This document shows, one piece after another, positions 6,166-15,386 of a stretch of DNA of 42,986 nucleotides. The DNA comes from a virus. Its lineage: Duplodnaviria > Caudoviricetes. The stretch is taken from the IMG/VR virus record IMGVR_UViG_3300032321_001527, positions 1 through 42,986 of that record. One strand, written 5' to 3'. The position numbers and the translations under genes were made by a program. Below the pieces are notes generated by a model. It searched no databases. It worked only from the letters and a program-made list of their open reading frames with translations, and was not told the origin of the DNA. How positions within the stretch are numbered: position 1 is the stretch's first letter; each line of letters begins with the position of its first letter.

Positions 6166-7905
6166 ATGCGCAAAACCGAGTACCTCAAGACCATCGAGAA
6201 GCATGTCCGCCTCTTTGAGGTAGGGGACAAGCTCATCTTCGACAAGCTGCTCCGGTACTACCAGGGCAAGTTCTACACGGCGGAGACCGGTCAGAGCGAG
6301 TCTGACCTGCTCACGACGAGTGTGAACCTCGTCTTCGCCATCGTGGAGACCGCGCTCTCCAGCCTCATCCCCCCGAATCCGGCCATCACGGCCATCGCAC
6401 GGTCGCCGGCGAACGAAGATGCCGTCCGGGCGGGCGAGGCGTTCGTCAATCTGGCCCTCGATACCAGCAAGTACCGCAAGGAGATGAACCTGTTCGTCTT
6501 CGACGGGGTGCTGTATGGCCGCGGCATCGTGAAAACGACCTGGTCGGAGAAGAAAGACTTGCCCGTGGTGCGCACCTGCGACGTCCGGAGCGTGTTTTTC
6601 GACCTCACGGCCCGCCGGGTGGAGGACATTCGCTACTGGGGCGAGGCCACGCTGCTCTCCGAGGACGAATACCGCAAGCGTTTTGAGTCCGGCATGTACT
6701 CGGGCGAGGAAAATCGCCTCGCGCAGCCCGATGTGTACCCGAAGTGGATGCTGCCCATCACGAACTCGACGGTCAACCGCGACGAACTCAAGAGTTACCA
6801 GCGCTGGTACCTCGTGTACGAGATTTACGACCTTGAAAGTGACCGTGTGGTGCACCTTCTGGCCGGCCATGAGGAGCCCCTCATGGAAGACAAGCTGTTG
6901 TACTGCCCGTACGACCTCCTCGTGCTGAACAACAACGGCGAGGACTGCCGCGGCCTGTCGGAAATCGCGCTCATCAGCCCGAATCAGGAGGAAGTCAACA
7001 ACCTGCTGACGTTCTGGCTCAACATCGTGCGGTCTTCGGTGCCGAAGGGCGTGTTCGACCCCGGCGGCGTCGATTCCGAGCAGATGCAGAACGCGATTCA
7101 AGCCGGTCTGGGCACCTGGAGCCCGCTGGCCAGCCGAAACGGCAAGAGCCTCGGCGAAAACCTCGGCAACTTCCCCATGCCGAACGTCCCAGCGGACGCA
7201 TTCAACCTGCTGGAGTACACGGTCAACAACATCTCCAAGGTTTCCGCCCTTGCCGACGCCCAGCGTGGGCAGGTCACGGGGGCGCGCACGGCCACGGAGC
7301 TGGCGCTCATCGAAGGCAGCATCCGCAACCGTCTGGCGTCGCGGCAGCGGCGGATTGACGAGGTCACGGCCAGCGTTGCCGACAAGATGCTGTTCCTCAT
7401 GCAGAAGTTCAAGGCGAAAGACGCCATTGTCGAGCTCACCGGCCACGAAGGCTGGCACACCATCGCGCCGGACACCGTTACGGGCATCGAACTGGCGTTC
7501 AAGGTGGTGCCGTACTCGCCGCTGGAGAGCAACCGCGCCGTCGTGCAGGAGCAGTTCAAGGAACTGTACGGCGCTCTGAGCCAGAACCCGAACGTCGACC
7601 TCCGCGCGCTGACGAAGGTGCTGATCGAGGTCTACGACAACCCCGCCCTGCGCAAGCACGACATCCTTCTGCCCGAGCCCCCGCCCGCTCCCCCGGGCAT
7701 GCCGGGCCTTCCGGCGGGCATGCCCCCGGGTGCCCCTACCCCCGCGCCTCCCGAGGCCATGGCGGCCGCCGCAGAGCAGGTTCCGGCCTCTGCTGCCGCC
7801 ATGACCCCCACCATGCAGTCCATCGCCGACGCTCAGGCCGGCAGCGCTGCCATGAACTCCCCTGTCATCGCCCCGCCCGGCCCGCCCGTAGGAGGCCCTG
7901 TCTGA
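6166..7905 (+). CDS. Portal protein (P22-like head-tail connector)
   Basis: Follows TerL; 579 aa; DGVLYGRGIVK and GARTATE motifs typical of podovirus portals; Pro/Ala-rich C-terminal tail. Confidence 0.88.
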   Translation: MRKTEYLKTIEKHVRLFEVGDKLIFDKLLRYYQGKFYTAETGQSESDLLTTSVNLVFAIVETALSSLIPPNPAITAIARSPANEDAVRAGEAFVNLALDTSKYRKEMNLFVFDGVLYGRGIVKTTWSEKKDLPVVRTCDVRSVFFDLTARRVEDIRYWGEATLLSEDEYRKRFESGMYSGEENRLAQPDVYPKWMLPITNSTVNRDELKSYQRWYLVYEIYDLESDRVVHLLAGHEEPLMEDKLLYCPYDLLVLNNNGEDCRGLSEIALISPNQEEVNNLLTFWLNIVRSSVPKGVFDPGGVDSEQMQNAIQAGLGTWSPLASRNGKSLGENLGNFPMPNVPADAFNLLEYTVNNISKVSALADAQRGQVTGARTATELALIEGSIRNRLASRQRRIDEVTASVADKMLFLMQKFKAKDAIVELTGHEGWHTIAPDTVTGIELAFKVVPYSPLESNRAVVQEQFKELYGALSQNPNVDLRALTKVLIEVYDNPALRKHDILLPEPPPAPPGMPGLPAGMPPGAPTPAPPEAMAAAAEQVPASAAAMTPTMQSIADAQAGSAAMNSPVIAPPGPPVGGPV

Positions 7906-8348
7906 TGGCTCGCACGCTCGACCTGTACTGCAAGAAATGCGACGAAACCGAGGATGACATCCTGCTCGGCATGAACGATCCGCTGCCTCCGTGCGTGGTC
8001 TGTCAGTCCGAGCGCACCATCTCGTGGGCGGGCGGCAAGGGCCCCGGCCTCAAGGTGTTCCGCCCCGTGTTCGATGAGGCCTCGGGCTGGATCAGCAACG
8101 AGGACGACTGGAACGTCCACCGCGCACGCGTTGCCGAGAAGCAGGGCTGCAAGGTCGAGGACATCGTCGCGCATCGCCAGACGAAGTCGGAAATCTCGAC
8201 GCACGCCGACGAGGTTCGCCACCGTGCTGCGGTTCGCCGCAAGAAGCAGGGCATCACGGCGGATGTGCAGAAGGAAATCAAGGCCACTGTGCAGGCCCAC
8301 GGCATCAACCCCCTCAATGGCAAGAAGGCCAAAAGGAAATCAACGTGA
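7905..8348 (+). CDS. Zinc-ribbon protein (FmdB-like CxxC...CxxC)
   Basis: DLYCKKC...PCVVC near the N-terminus; TGATG coupling with the portal gene. Confidence 0.7.
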   Translation: MARTLDLYCKKCDETEDDILLGMNDPLPPCVVCQSERTISWAGGKGPGLKVFRPVFDEASGWISNEDDWNVHRARVAEKQGCKVEDIVAHRQTKSEISTHADEVRHRAAVRRKKQGITADVQKEIKATVQAHGINPLNGKKAKRKST

Positions 8349-8770
8349 TGGACAACATGGACAACATGGGCAAGAAGCCCGCCGCCGTTGTGGCGGTCAT
8401 CGCTGGCAAGCCCGAGAGCAAGGACGAGATGACGCCGCCCCCCGGCGCCGCCAACCCCATCGAGCAGCTGCTCGACTCCGCGGAGTCCTCGGGCAAGCTG
8501 AAGCCCGTCGAGGACGCGCTGAAGTCGGAGGGTGCGGACATCTCTGCCCGCGACTTCCTGCAGTACGCGCAGTACGACGAGCGCACCAAGGCCAAGACTC
8601 CCGAAGAGTTGGCGAAGATGATCGCCGAAGACCCGTCCCTCATCGGCGACATCATCGCGGAGATGGAGAAGCGCACGGACTCGGAGCTGTCGGAGTACCA
8701 GAACCCCGACGAGATGATGCGCTCCCGCATGAAGGAGGCCAAGGCCTCCGAGATGCCGGAAGACTACTAG
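8348..8770 (+). CDS. Hypothetical acidic head-region protein (140 aa)
   Basis: AAGGA RBS, TGATG coupling, strong codon bias. Confidence 0.75.
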   Translation: MDNMDNMGKKPAAVVAVIAGKPESKDEMTPPPGAANPIEQLLDSAESSGKLKPVEDALKSEGADISARDFLQYAQYDERTKAKTPEELAKMIAEDPSLIGDIIAEMEKRTDSELSEYQNPDEMMRSRMKEAKASEMPEDY

Positions 8771-8800
8771 CCCACCCCGTCAGCCCAGAAGGAACACACC

Positions 8801-9649
8801 ATGGCTCTCGACTCGATGACTCCCCCGCCCGAGGAATCCGACCTCGCCGCCCCTCCTGCCACAGCGGAGGTCGGTGATTCTGTTCCTTCTTCCGACCCAC
8901 CTGCCGACACAGGGGGGGCGGTTTCGGAGTGGAACGGCGAGCGCGAGTCGCTGCTCAAAGAGTCGTGGTGGAACGAGCTGCCGGAGACCGTGCGCGCGAC
9001 CGTCGAGCGCGGCATCCAGACGAAGTACACCAACTTCCATCGGGGTGCCGACCGCGCACGCTCCGAGGCCGCGGCTGCGCTCCAGGCGGAGCGTGACCGG
9101 GCCGCGGAGCTGCAGGCCGCGCTCGACAACGTGCAGAAAGATCAGGAGTTCTTCAACAAGCTGCTGTCGGAAGACGACGCGCTCAAGCCCCTGACCGAGC
9201 GACTCAACACGCTGGAGCAGGCCCTGAGCGAGCGCGACAAGCGCATCGCCGACTACGAGTCGAAGTACGCGGACATCGAGCTGGAGCGCGTGCAGGAGCG
9301 CCACCGGTCGAAGTACCAAGACATCTTCGATGACTTCCAAGAAGACCCGAACTGGAAGCCGGAGAGCGGCGAGCCGCCGAACCCCACGGGCGCCTACGTC
9401 GAGTTCGCCCGCCTCCTGCAGGCCGGGTGGAACGAGGAGCGCGCCGCGAAGGTCGTGCGGGCCGAGATGGCGCTGCGTGCCCCCGCGCCTACGCCGGCGC
9501 GCCAGCCAGAGCCCGTGCCGAAGTCGGTGGCGCTGGCGTCCGATGGCGCCGGGCCTCGCGCCGACAAGACGGTGCGCGAAGTGGGTGAGTCGTTCGAAGA
9601 GGTCATGCGCCGCAAGCGTGCGGAACTGCTGGCAGCCGGCGACGAATAA
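8801..9649 (+). CDS. Capsid scaffolding protein
   Basis: Acidic disordered N-terminus, long coiled coil, directly upstream of the major capsid gene; AAGGA RBS. Confidence 0.75.
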   Translation: MALDSMTPPPEESDLAAPPATAEVGDSVPSSDPPADTGGAVSEWNGERESLLKESWWNELPETVRATVERGIQTKYTNFHRGADRARSEAAAALQAERDRAAELQAALDNVQKDQEFFNKLLSEDDALKPLTERLNTLEQALSERDKRIADYESKYADIELERVQERHRSKYQDIFDDFQEDPNWKPESGEPPNPTGAYVEFARLLQAGWNEERAAKVVRAEMALRAPAPTPARQPEPVPKSVALASDGAGPRADKTVREVGESFEEVMRRKRAELLAAGDE

Positions 9650-9686
9650 AAACGACGGGCAGGTCTTGACACGCGAGACCTGCCCG
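9647..9686 (-). terminator. Hairpin CGGGCAGGTCTTG/CGAGACCTGCCCG with a U-tract on the minus strand; overlaps a + strand TTGACA
   Basis: 13-bp stem at 9656-9686 preceded by an A-run; TTGACA at 9666-9671 with TACAGA 18 nt downstream. Confidence 0.5.
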
Positions 9687-9797
9687 CAGTACAGAAAAGC
9701 GCAAGCTCCCAGATGCGTCAGCACAGGCCGGTAGGCTCGCTGAAGGTTGATGGAAAGGCGGACGACGGCGACCCTCTTTTCTCCCTGGATGGACACA

Positions 9798-10850
9798 ATG
9801 GCAATCTCTACCGAACTCCTCAACTCGACCTTCGAAGACTTCCGCGGCCCCCTCGTCATGGGCTGGCAGCAGAACGTCCCCCTCCGCGCCATGCTCATGA
9901 AGAAGGGCAAGGTCTCCTCCGAGGGCGGCAAGTACGTCGAGCGTCCCCTGATGACCGGTGCGCCCGCCCGCGGCGTCGGTATCTACAACGGCGACGAAGT
10001 CCTCGACCGCACCCGCTACAAGAAGCTCAAGCGTCTGCGCGTGGATTTCCACCGCATCGTGGTCAGCATCAACATCCCCAACAAGGAGCTGAAGCAGAAC
10101 ACCGGCAAGGCCGCCGCCCTGAGCCTCATCGCCGAGTACCCCAAGGTCGTCATCGAGGGTATCGGCCTCGACCGCGAGAAGTACCTGCTCACCGGCAAGT
10201 CCACCGGCCTCGTCATGGACGCTGCCGAGCTGTACGGCTACGCCACGCTGAACGGCCAGTTCTCGTCTGGCGTCGGCACCGGCGTGGAGAACGGCTTCCT
10301 CGACTTCGCGGCTCCGGCCTCGCAGACCGACCTCGTTGAGAACTACGCCAAGTCCACCGCGGACTACCACTACAACCAGTACGCCGACATCGGCACCTGG
10401 GCCACGGACGGCATCACGGCTTTCCGCAAGGTGTATCGCGCCTGCGCGCAGTTCTCCGGCAAGCCGAACGGCGGCCCGGACATCGTCATCCTCGATGACG
10501 ACACCTACGGCAACTACCAGAGCAGCAAGGCCGACGTCGTGCGCACGATGAAGGTCTCGGACAACATCGACAAGGCGAACCTCATCACCGACGTCTTCGG
10601 TCTCGCGGGCGTGTACCCCTCCCAGCTCATCGACCTCGCCAACGACTTCACCGGCGTGGCGATGGACGGCGTCGGGTACTTCCTCAACACCGACCACATC
10701 GAGATCATCCAGCTGGAGAAGCCGAACGTCACCCCGTTCCGCGACGCCAGCAACGACCAGGACGGCGTCACCGCGAAGTACGCCGAGCACGAGGCGATGA
10801 TCTTCTCCAAGTTCCCCGCCCACGGCTGCATCTCGGGTGGCGCGACCTGA
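9798..10850 (+). CDS. Major capsid protein (350 aa)
   Basis: Position after the scaffold gene, size, very strong codon bias, and HK97-like pattern (GGKYVERPL, PDIVILD, YFLNTDHI). Start MAISTELL. Confidence 0.88.
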   Translation: MAISTELLNSTFEDFRGPLVMGWQQNVPLRAMLMKKGKVSSEGGKYVERPLMTGAPARGVGIYNGDEVLDRTRYKKLKRLRVDFHRIVVSINIPNKELKQNTGKAAALSLIAEYPKVVIEGIGLDREKYLLTGKSTGLVMDAAELYGYATLNGQFSSGVGTGVENGFLDFAAPASQTDLVENYAKSTADYHYNQYADIGTWATDGITAFRKVYRACAQFSGKPNGGPDIVILDDDTYGNYQSSKADVVRTMKVSDNIDKANLITDVFGLAGVYPSQLIDLANDFTGVAMDGVGYFLNTDHIEIIQLEKPNVTPFRDASNDQDGVTAKYAEHEAMIFSKFPAHGCISGGAT

Positions 10851-10895
10851 TAGGTCGCCCCGTCTACTCCACCTTCACACACATCCGAGGTTCAC

Positions 10896-11381
10896 ATGTA
10901 CTCTCAGCTTCTTTCGGGTCCCGTCACCGAGACCCAGACCACCCAGTCCTACAAGCCCGGCGAGCTCGTCGTCACCAACGACAAGACCTACGGCACCCGC
11001 GTGTGGCGCTACATCAAGAACACCGAGGCGTCTACGGCGTTCGCGGTGGGCACCATCGTGCAGCGCGCTGCGGCGACCATCGACGACATGGGTGGCATCG
11101 TCTGCGTGACCGCCAAGAAGTCCCGCTTCTCGCTGCTCGGCGTGGCGCAGAACGCCATCGCCGCCGGCTCGTTCGGCTTCATCCTCAAGGAAGGCATCGG
11201 CTACATCCTCGCGGACGGCAGCGTCACCGCCGGCTCCACCGTGTGCTCGACGGCGACGTCGGGCCGCGCGGCGAACGCCACGCTGACCAACGCGGATGAG
11301 GTTGCCGCCGCCTTCGGCGTGGCGCTGGAAGACGACGGCGTCGCGGGCACCACGTTCCGCGGCCATGTCAGCTTCCCGTAG
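10896..11381 (+). CDS. Capsid cement/decoration protein (DUF2190-like)
   Basis: Follows the major capsid gene; LGVAQNAIAAGSFGFI, VTAGSTV, FGVALED pattern; GAGG RBS. Confidence 0.7.
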   Translation: MYSQLLSGPVTETQTTQSYKPGELVVTNDKTYGTRVWRYIKNTEASTAFAVGTIVQRAAATIDDMGGIVCVTAKKSRFSLLGVAQNAIAAGSFGFILKEGIGYILADGSVTAGSTVCSTATSGRAANATLTNADEVAAAFGVALEDDGVAGTTFRGHVSFP

Positions 11382-11394
11382 TCGGTAGCGCAAA

Positions 11395-11433
11395 GACCCC
11401 CGAAGTGCTACGCTTCGGGGGTCCCTTGTTTTT
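11395..11433 (+). terminator. Rho-independent terminator after the capsid operon
   Basis: GACCCCCGAAG...CTTCGGGGGTC stem followed by TTGTTTTT. Confidence 0.85.
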
Positions 11434-11442
11434 GGAGGCCTC

Positions 11443-12921
11443 GTGGTTCGCAAAGACTGGCGCGAGAAAGTTCTGGCCCGCCGAGCCTGGCGTGCGGACG
11501 TCGATGCCGTGGCTCTTGCGGAAATCAATGGAGCGCTGAACGATGCCATCCGCAAGCTCGCCGGGGACTGCCCCGCGGCGTTCACGCCGGACGTCGAACA
11601 TGTGGTGGTGCTGCCCGACCAGACGCAGGTGACGCTGGGTCGCGGCCTCAAGGGCACCACCGACCCGTACGTGCTGTCTTTCGGGGCGAGCGTGGTTGGC
11701 TACTCCGACCCCGACATCACCGGGGCGTGGGATGGCATCATGCACCTTGAGGTGCAGACCGCGGACGGTGTCTGGCATCGCCGGCAGTGCCGAGAGTTCT
11801 TCTCGTATCAGGGCGAGTTCTGCGTGTCCGTTGACCGTCCGTGGCCTGCGGCCTCGGCGACGAACATGTCGTTCCGCCTGCATCAGCCCGAGTTCTTCTT
11901 CCGTGACGACGTCACCGAGGTGCTCGACGGCACGGTGTGGGACTCGTCCGGTTCGCGGTTCATGGAGGTCGCGGAGCGCGGCGTCGTGGAGCGCGAGGAG
12001 CAGGACTTCCAGGGCCGCAACAAGGGCCGTCCGGAGAAGATGACCCGCGGCCGGCACTACCAGCTGCAGGGCCCCGCCACGCAGCCCACGGTGCTCCAGC
12101 CCGACCAGACCATCTGGCTTGGAAAGGAGCCGCTCGGCACCTTCCGGTTCTGCTACACGTACGTGTGGGGCAAGCGCGACGCGGAGTTCAAGGACGAGTT
12201 CGGGCAGTATGACCCCATGTGGGAGTCGAGCCCCTCGCCCGCAAGCGCCTCGGTGGCCGTGACGTCGGCGCCGGCGACCATCCTCCGCGTCGCTGGCCTG
12301 ACGAACATCGACTACATGATCAACTTCGACCCCCCGGCGACGGCGGGCATCTTCCGCTACGGGCACTCGGGCCTGCGGAAGCGCATCTACGTGGCGCGCG
12401 ATGCGACGTCCACGGCGGGTGCGTTTGAGGACAACGTGGAGGCGCGCACCTCGTTCGTGTTCCTCGCCGAAGTGGATGGCACCACCGACCACTACGACTG
12501 GGACGGCAGCGTGCTGCCGAACCCGTTCCGCCGGCTGCCCGAGGTCACGGGGTACTTCGCTCACTCGCTCGTGCCGCATCAGGACAAGCAGTACGTCATC
12601 GACTTCCGCGTGCGCCGCCGGCCCACGGAGCTGTCGAACGACTACGACGCCCCGAAGGTGCAGCCCGACTCGCAGGAGGCGCTGAACCTCTTGGCGCTGT
12701 ACTACGTCGCGCAGCTCGACAAGCAGACCGACGCCGCCGCGGAGTACCTGGAGCAGTACACCGGCAACCCGAACCGTCGCATCGAGGGGGAGCTGCCGAA
12801 GCTCCTCCGCAAGTGGGGCAACACCGCCAAGGTCCTGCCTGCAGGGCGCTGGGGTGTTCGCAACTATCAGTCCGACATGCCCTGGGAATCCTCCCGGGGG
12901 AACTACTTCCGCTCACGATGA
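11443..12921 (+). CDS. Head-tail adaptor / tail tubular protein A-like with internal beta-rich insertion
   Basis: GGAGG RBS; N-terminal EINGALNDAIRKL and C-terminal LSNDYDAP..P..QEAL.L.A pattern of podovirus adaptors; position. Confidence 0.6.
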   Translation: MVRKDWREKVLARRAWRADVDAVALAEINGALNDAIRKLAGDCPAAFTPDVEHVVVLPDQTQVTLGRGLKGTTDPYVLSFGASVVGYSDPDITGAWDGIMHLEVQTADGVWHRRQCREFFSYQGEFCVSVDRPWPAASATNMSFRLHQPEFFFRDDVTEVLDGTVWDSSGSRFMEVAERGVVEREEQDFQGRNKGRPEKMTRGRHYQLQGPATQPTVLQPDQTIWLGKEPLGTFRFCYTYVWGKRDAEFKDEFGQYDPMWESSPSPASASVAVTSAPATILRVAGLTNIDYMINFDPPATAGIFRYGHSGLRKRIYVARDATSTAGAFEDNVEARTSFVFLAEVDGTTDHYDWDGSVLPNPFRRLPEVTGYFAHSLVPHQDKQYVIDFRVRRRPTELSNDYDAPKVQPDSQEALNLLALYYVAQLDKQTDAAAEYLEQYTGNPNRRIEGELPKLLRKWGNTAKVLPAGRWGVRNYQSDMPWESSRGNYFRSR

Positions 12922-12932
12922 AGGAACACAAC

Positions 12933-13286
12933 ATGAACTCCAAGCACCCCCTGCACTTCGACCCCATCGCCGAGGCCGCCAAGGTGGACCCGTCCGTCTA
13001 CAAGAAGTACGACATGCCCTACCACGGGCAGACGTTCGTTCAGCTGCATCAGGGGGGCACGCATGTGGTCATCGGCACCTGCGTCGGGCTGGACATGCAC
13101 ATCGACCGTGACGGCACCATGACGGGCTGGAAGGCGAACATCGACAGCGGCTTCCGTCAGCCGTTCGGCATCAACAGCGGCAGCTCGTGGCGCGATGCCA
13201 GCGAGTGGCACCCGGCGCCCGAGAAGGCCGACGTCCTGTCCACGCCGGGCATCCTTCCGCGCTTTGCCAAGGCCAAGGTGGGGTAA
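12933..13286 (+). CDS. Hypothetical protein (117 aa)
   Basis: AAGGA RBS before ATG 12933 (alternative ATG at 12918). Confidence 0.7.
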   Translation: MNSKHPLHFDPIAEAAKVDPSVYKKYDMPYHGQTFVQLHQGGTHVVIGTCVGLDMHIDRDGTMTGWKANIDSGFRQPFGINSGSSWRDASEWHPAPEKADVLSTPGILPRFAKAKVG

Positions 13287-15377
13287 GTGCAGCACCAGAC
13301 GTTCAAGTTCCCGCTTCCAGTCATCGAGTCAGGAAAGCTGTACTCGGCGGACAGCGTGGCGCTTGAGATCGTCAACCTGCAGAACTACCCGGACGGCACC
13401 ATGCGCGCCCTCCGCGGCCCCGCGCCGTACGTGCCTCGGTACGACGGCGTCAACTGGCCCTCGCAGTACGGCAACATGCACGGCATCTACCACGGGTCGC
13501 TGGATTCGGGGATGCGCGACGTCCTCCTGCTCCGCACCGGCGACAAGCTGTGCGAGCAGCGGGGCTGGACTCGCGGGTGGGGCGTTCTCAAGAGCGGCCT
13601 GTCCGACGATGCCATGCCCCGGTTTCCCGACCAGTTCGCCGAGGTCGGCGGCAAGATCGTGTGGACGAACGGCATCGACTCGCCGCTCATCTACGACGGG
13701 TACATGCTCCTCCCGCTGGGCTACAGCAAGGCCCCCGGCGCAGTGCATGGGGCGGGCCCGGCCGTGGTCAACACCTCGACCACGAACACGAACTCCGAGC
13801 TGAACCCTACGGTGTACCGCAACAGCTTGGGGTACTCGCACCCCGGGCGCATCGGCACGCCAGGTGACCTGCTGTCCGGGCAGATTGGCTGCATGCGCGC
13901 GGGCTCGTGGACCTGCTACGTCCAGTTCGAGGACGCGTTCGGCAACCTGTCCCCGCTGTCTCCGCCGTCGAACGCGGTGACGGTGCGGACGGAGGATGCC
14001 ACGAACCTGTTCAACAAGGACTTCCTCGCATGGAACAACCCGGCCGCGTCGCTGGGCCCGTTCGCCGTGCAGGTCGATGACCTGACGAAGCAGTTCCTCT
14101 GGACGAACATCCCCACCGGACCCGAGGGCACGGTGGCGCGCATCCTGTACCGCACGGCGGACACGAACTACAACGACAACACGCCGCGGTTCCTTGTCCG
14201 CATCCCGGACAACAGCACCACGGTGTACCCGGACAACCACGCCGACTCGGAGCTGGGCTCGCCCGCGCCGGACATCGTCGCCGTGCCGACGTTCCGGGTG
14301 TCCTGCGCGTACGCCGGCGGCCTTGCCATCGCCAACACGACGGTCAACCCCGGCCTCGTGCGCATCTCCGACCCGGGGTTCCCGGGCACGTTCCGCCACG
14401 ACCGGTGGATTTACCCCGACCCGAACGGCGCCGAGGTCACGGGGCTGGCGAACTTCCAGGGCAAGCTGCTGGCGTTCACCCGCACCACCGTGTTCGAAAT
14501 CGAGGACGACGGCACGAACCCCCTGCGGGCCATGCCCATCACCTCCAACATCGGGTGCGTGGCGCCGTCCAGCATCCGGGCCACCTCGTTTGAAATGCTC
14601 ATCTGGCTCGGCCGCGACAACTTCTACGGCATGCACGACGAGCACATCGAGTCCATCTCGGAGCCCATCAAGCCCACGATGGACGGTCTGAACCATGTCC
14701 GCCTCCCGCTCGCGGTCGCGGAGTGGTCGCCGGACAGCGACAAGTACCTGTGCGCGGTTCCGTCTGGGGGCTCCCTGGGCAACGACCTCGTGCTGGCGTA
14801 TACCGGGCAGGGCTGGCGTCGGCGCGAGTACAACATGCGCATCAACGGCATCACGCTGACGAAGGACGACCGCTCGCTGCTGATGACCTGCGGGCAGATG
14901 GCCGCGGTGAACAACGTCTTCGCGCTCGACCGCGAGGTGCGCTCCTTTACGCCCACGCCGAAGGAGTACATCTTCAAGTCGCAGTGGCTGCGCATGGACG
15001 CCACGGGGCGTGACCGGTTCAACGTCACGGCCATCTACGTCGGCTTCATCGAGAGCTGCACCGCGCAGCTGTCGTGGAAGGTCTACAAGAACGGGCGCCG
15101 GGACGTTCCTGCCATCATCTCCAGTGCCGCGAACGCGCTGACGCTGGCCGCGGCGGATGCGCCCACGAACGCGTACAGCACGCTGGTCGTGGGCACAGGC
15201 ACTGTGCGCACCCCGCGGCTCTTCTGGCGCCGGTTTGACATCAAGCTCACGGGCGTGGACTCGTTTGCGTTTGACCTGATCGGAGCGGAGTCCAGCAACG
15301 TGTTCCCGCACATGGCCGCGTTCGCCTTTGAGGGCAGCGTGGTGGACGGCAGCGGCGCCGCTACGGCGCGGGGTTAG
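13287..15377 (+). CDS. Tail hub / DNA stabilization protein (P22 gp10 / T7 gp12-like beta-propeller)
   Basis: 696 aa, beta-rich; EVTGLANFQGKLLAF and ITSNIGCVAPSSI...LIWLG propeller-blade motifs. Confidence 0.75.
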   Translation: MQHQTFKFPLPVIESGKLYSADSVALEIVNLQNYPDGTMRALRGPAPYVPRYDGVNWPSQYGNMHGIYHGSLDSGMRDVLLLRTGDKLCEQRGWTRGWGVLKSGLSDDAMPRFPDQFAEVGGKIVWTNGIDSPLIYDGYMLLPLGYSKAPGAVHGAGPAVVNTSTTNTNSELNPTVYRNSLGYSHPGRIGTPGDLLSGQIGCMRAGSWTCYVQFEDAFGNLSPLSPPSNAVTVRTEDATNLFNKDFLAWNNPAASLGPFAVQVDDLTKQFLWTNIPTGPEGTVARILYRTADTNYNDNTPRFLVRIPDNSTTVYPDNHADSELGSPAPDIVAVPTFRVSCAYAGGLAIANTTVNPGLVRISDPGFPGTFRHDRWIYPDPNGAEVTGLANFQGKLLAFTRTTVFEIEDDGTNPLRAMPITSNIGCVAPSSIRATSFEMLIWLGRDNFYGMHDEHIESISEPIKPTMDGLNHVRLPLAVAEWSPDSDKYLCAVPSGGSLGNDLVLAYTGQGWRRREYNMRINGITLTKDDRSLLMTCGQMAAVNNVFALDREVRSFTPTPKEYIFKSQWLRMDATGRDRFNVTAIYVGFIESCTAQLSWKVYKNGRRDVPAIISSAANALTLAAADAPTNAYSTLVVGTGTVRTPRLFWRRFDIKLTGVDSFAFDLIGAESSNVFPHMAAFAFEGSVVDGSGAATARG

Positions 15378-15386
15378 GGTAGCTCC

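Noticed and set aside
10842-10858. Capsid stop read-through or frameshift at the hairpin GCGACCT-GAT-AGGTCGC
   Set aside because: Two consecutive stops (TGA TAG), no slippery sequence, and the next gene has its own RBS.
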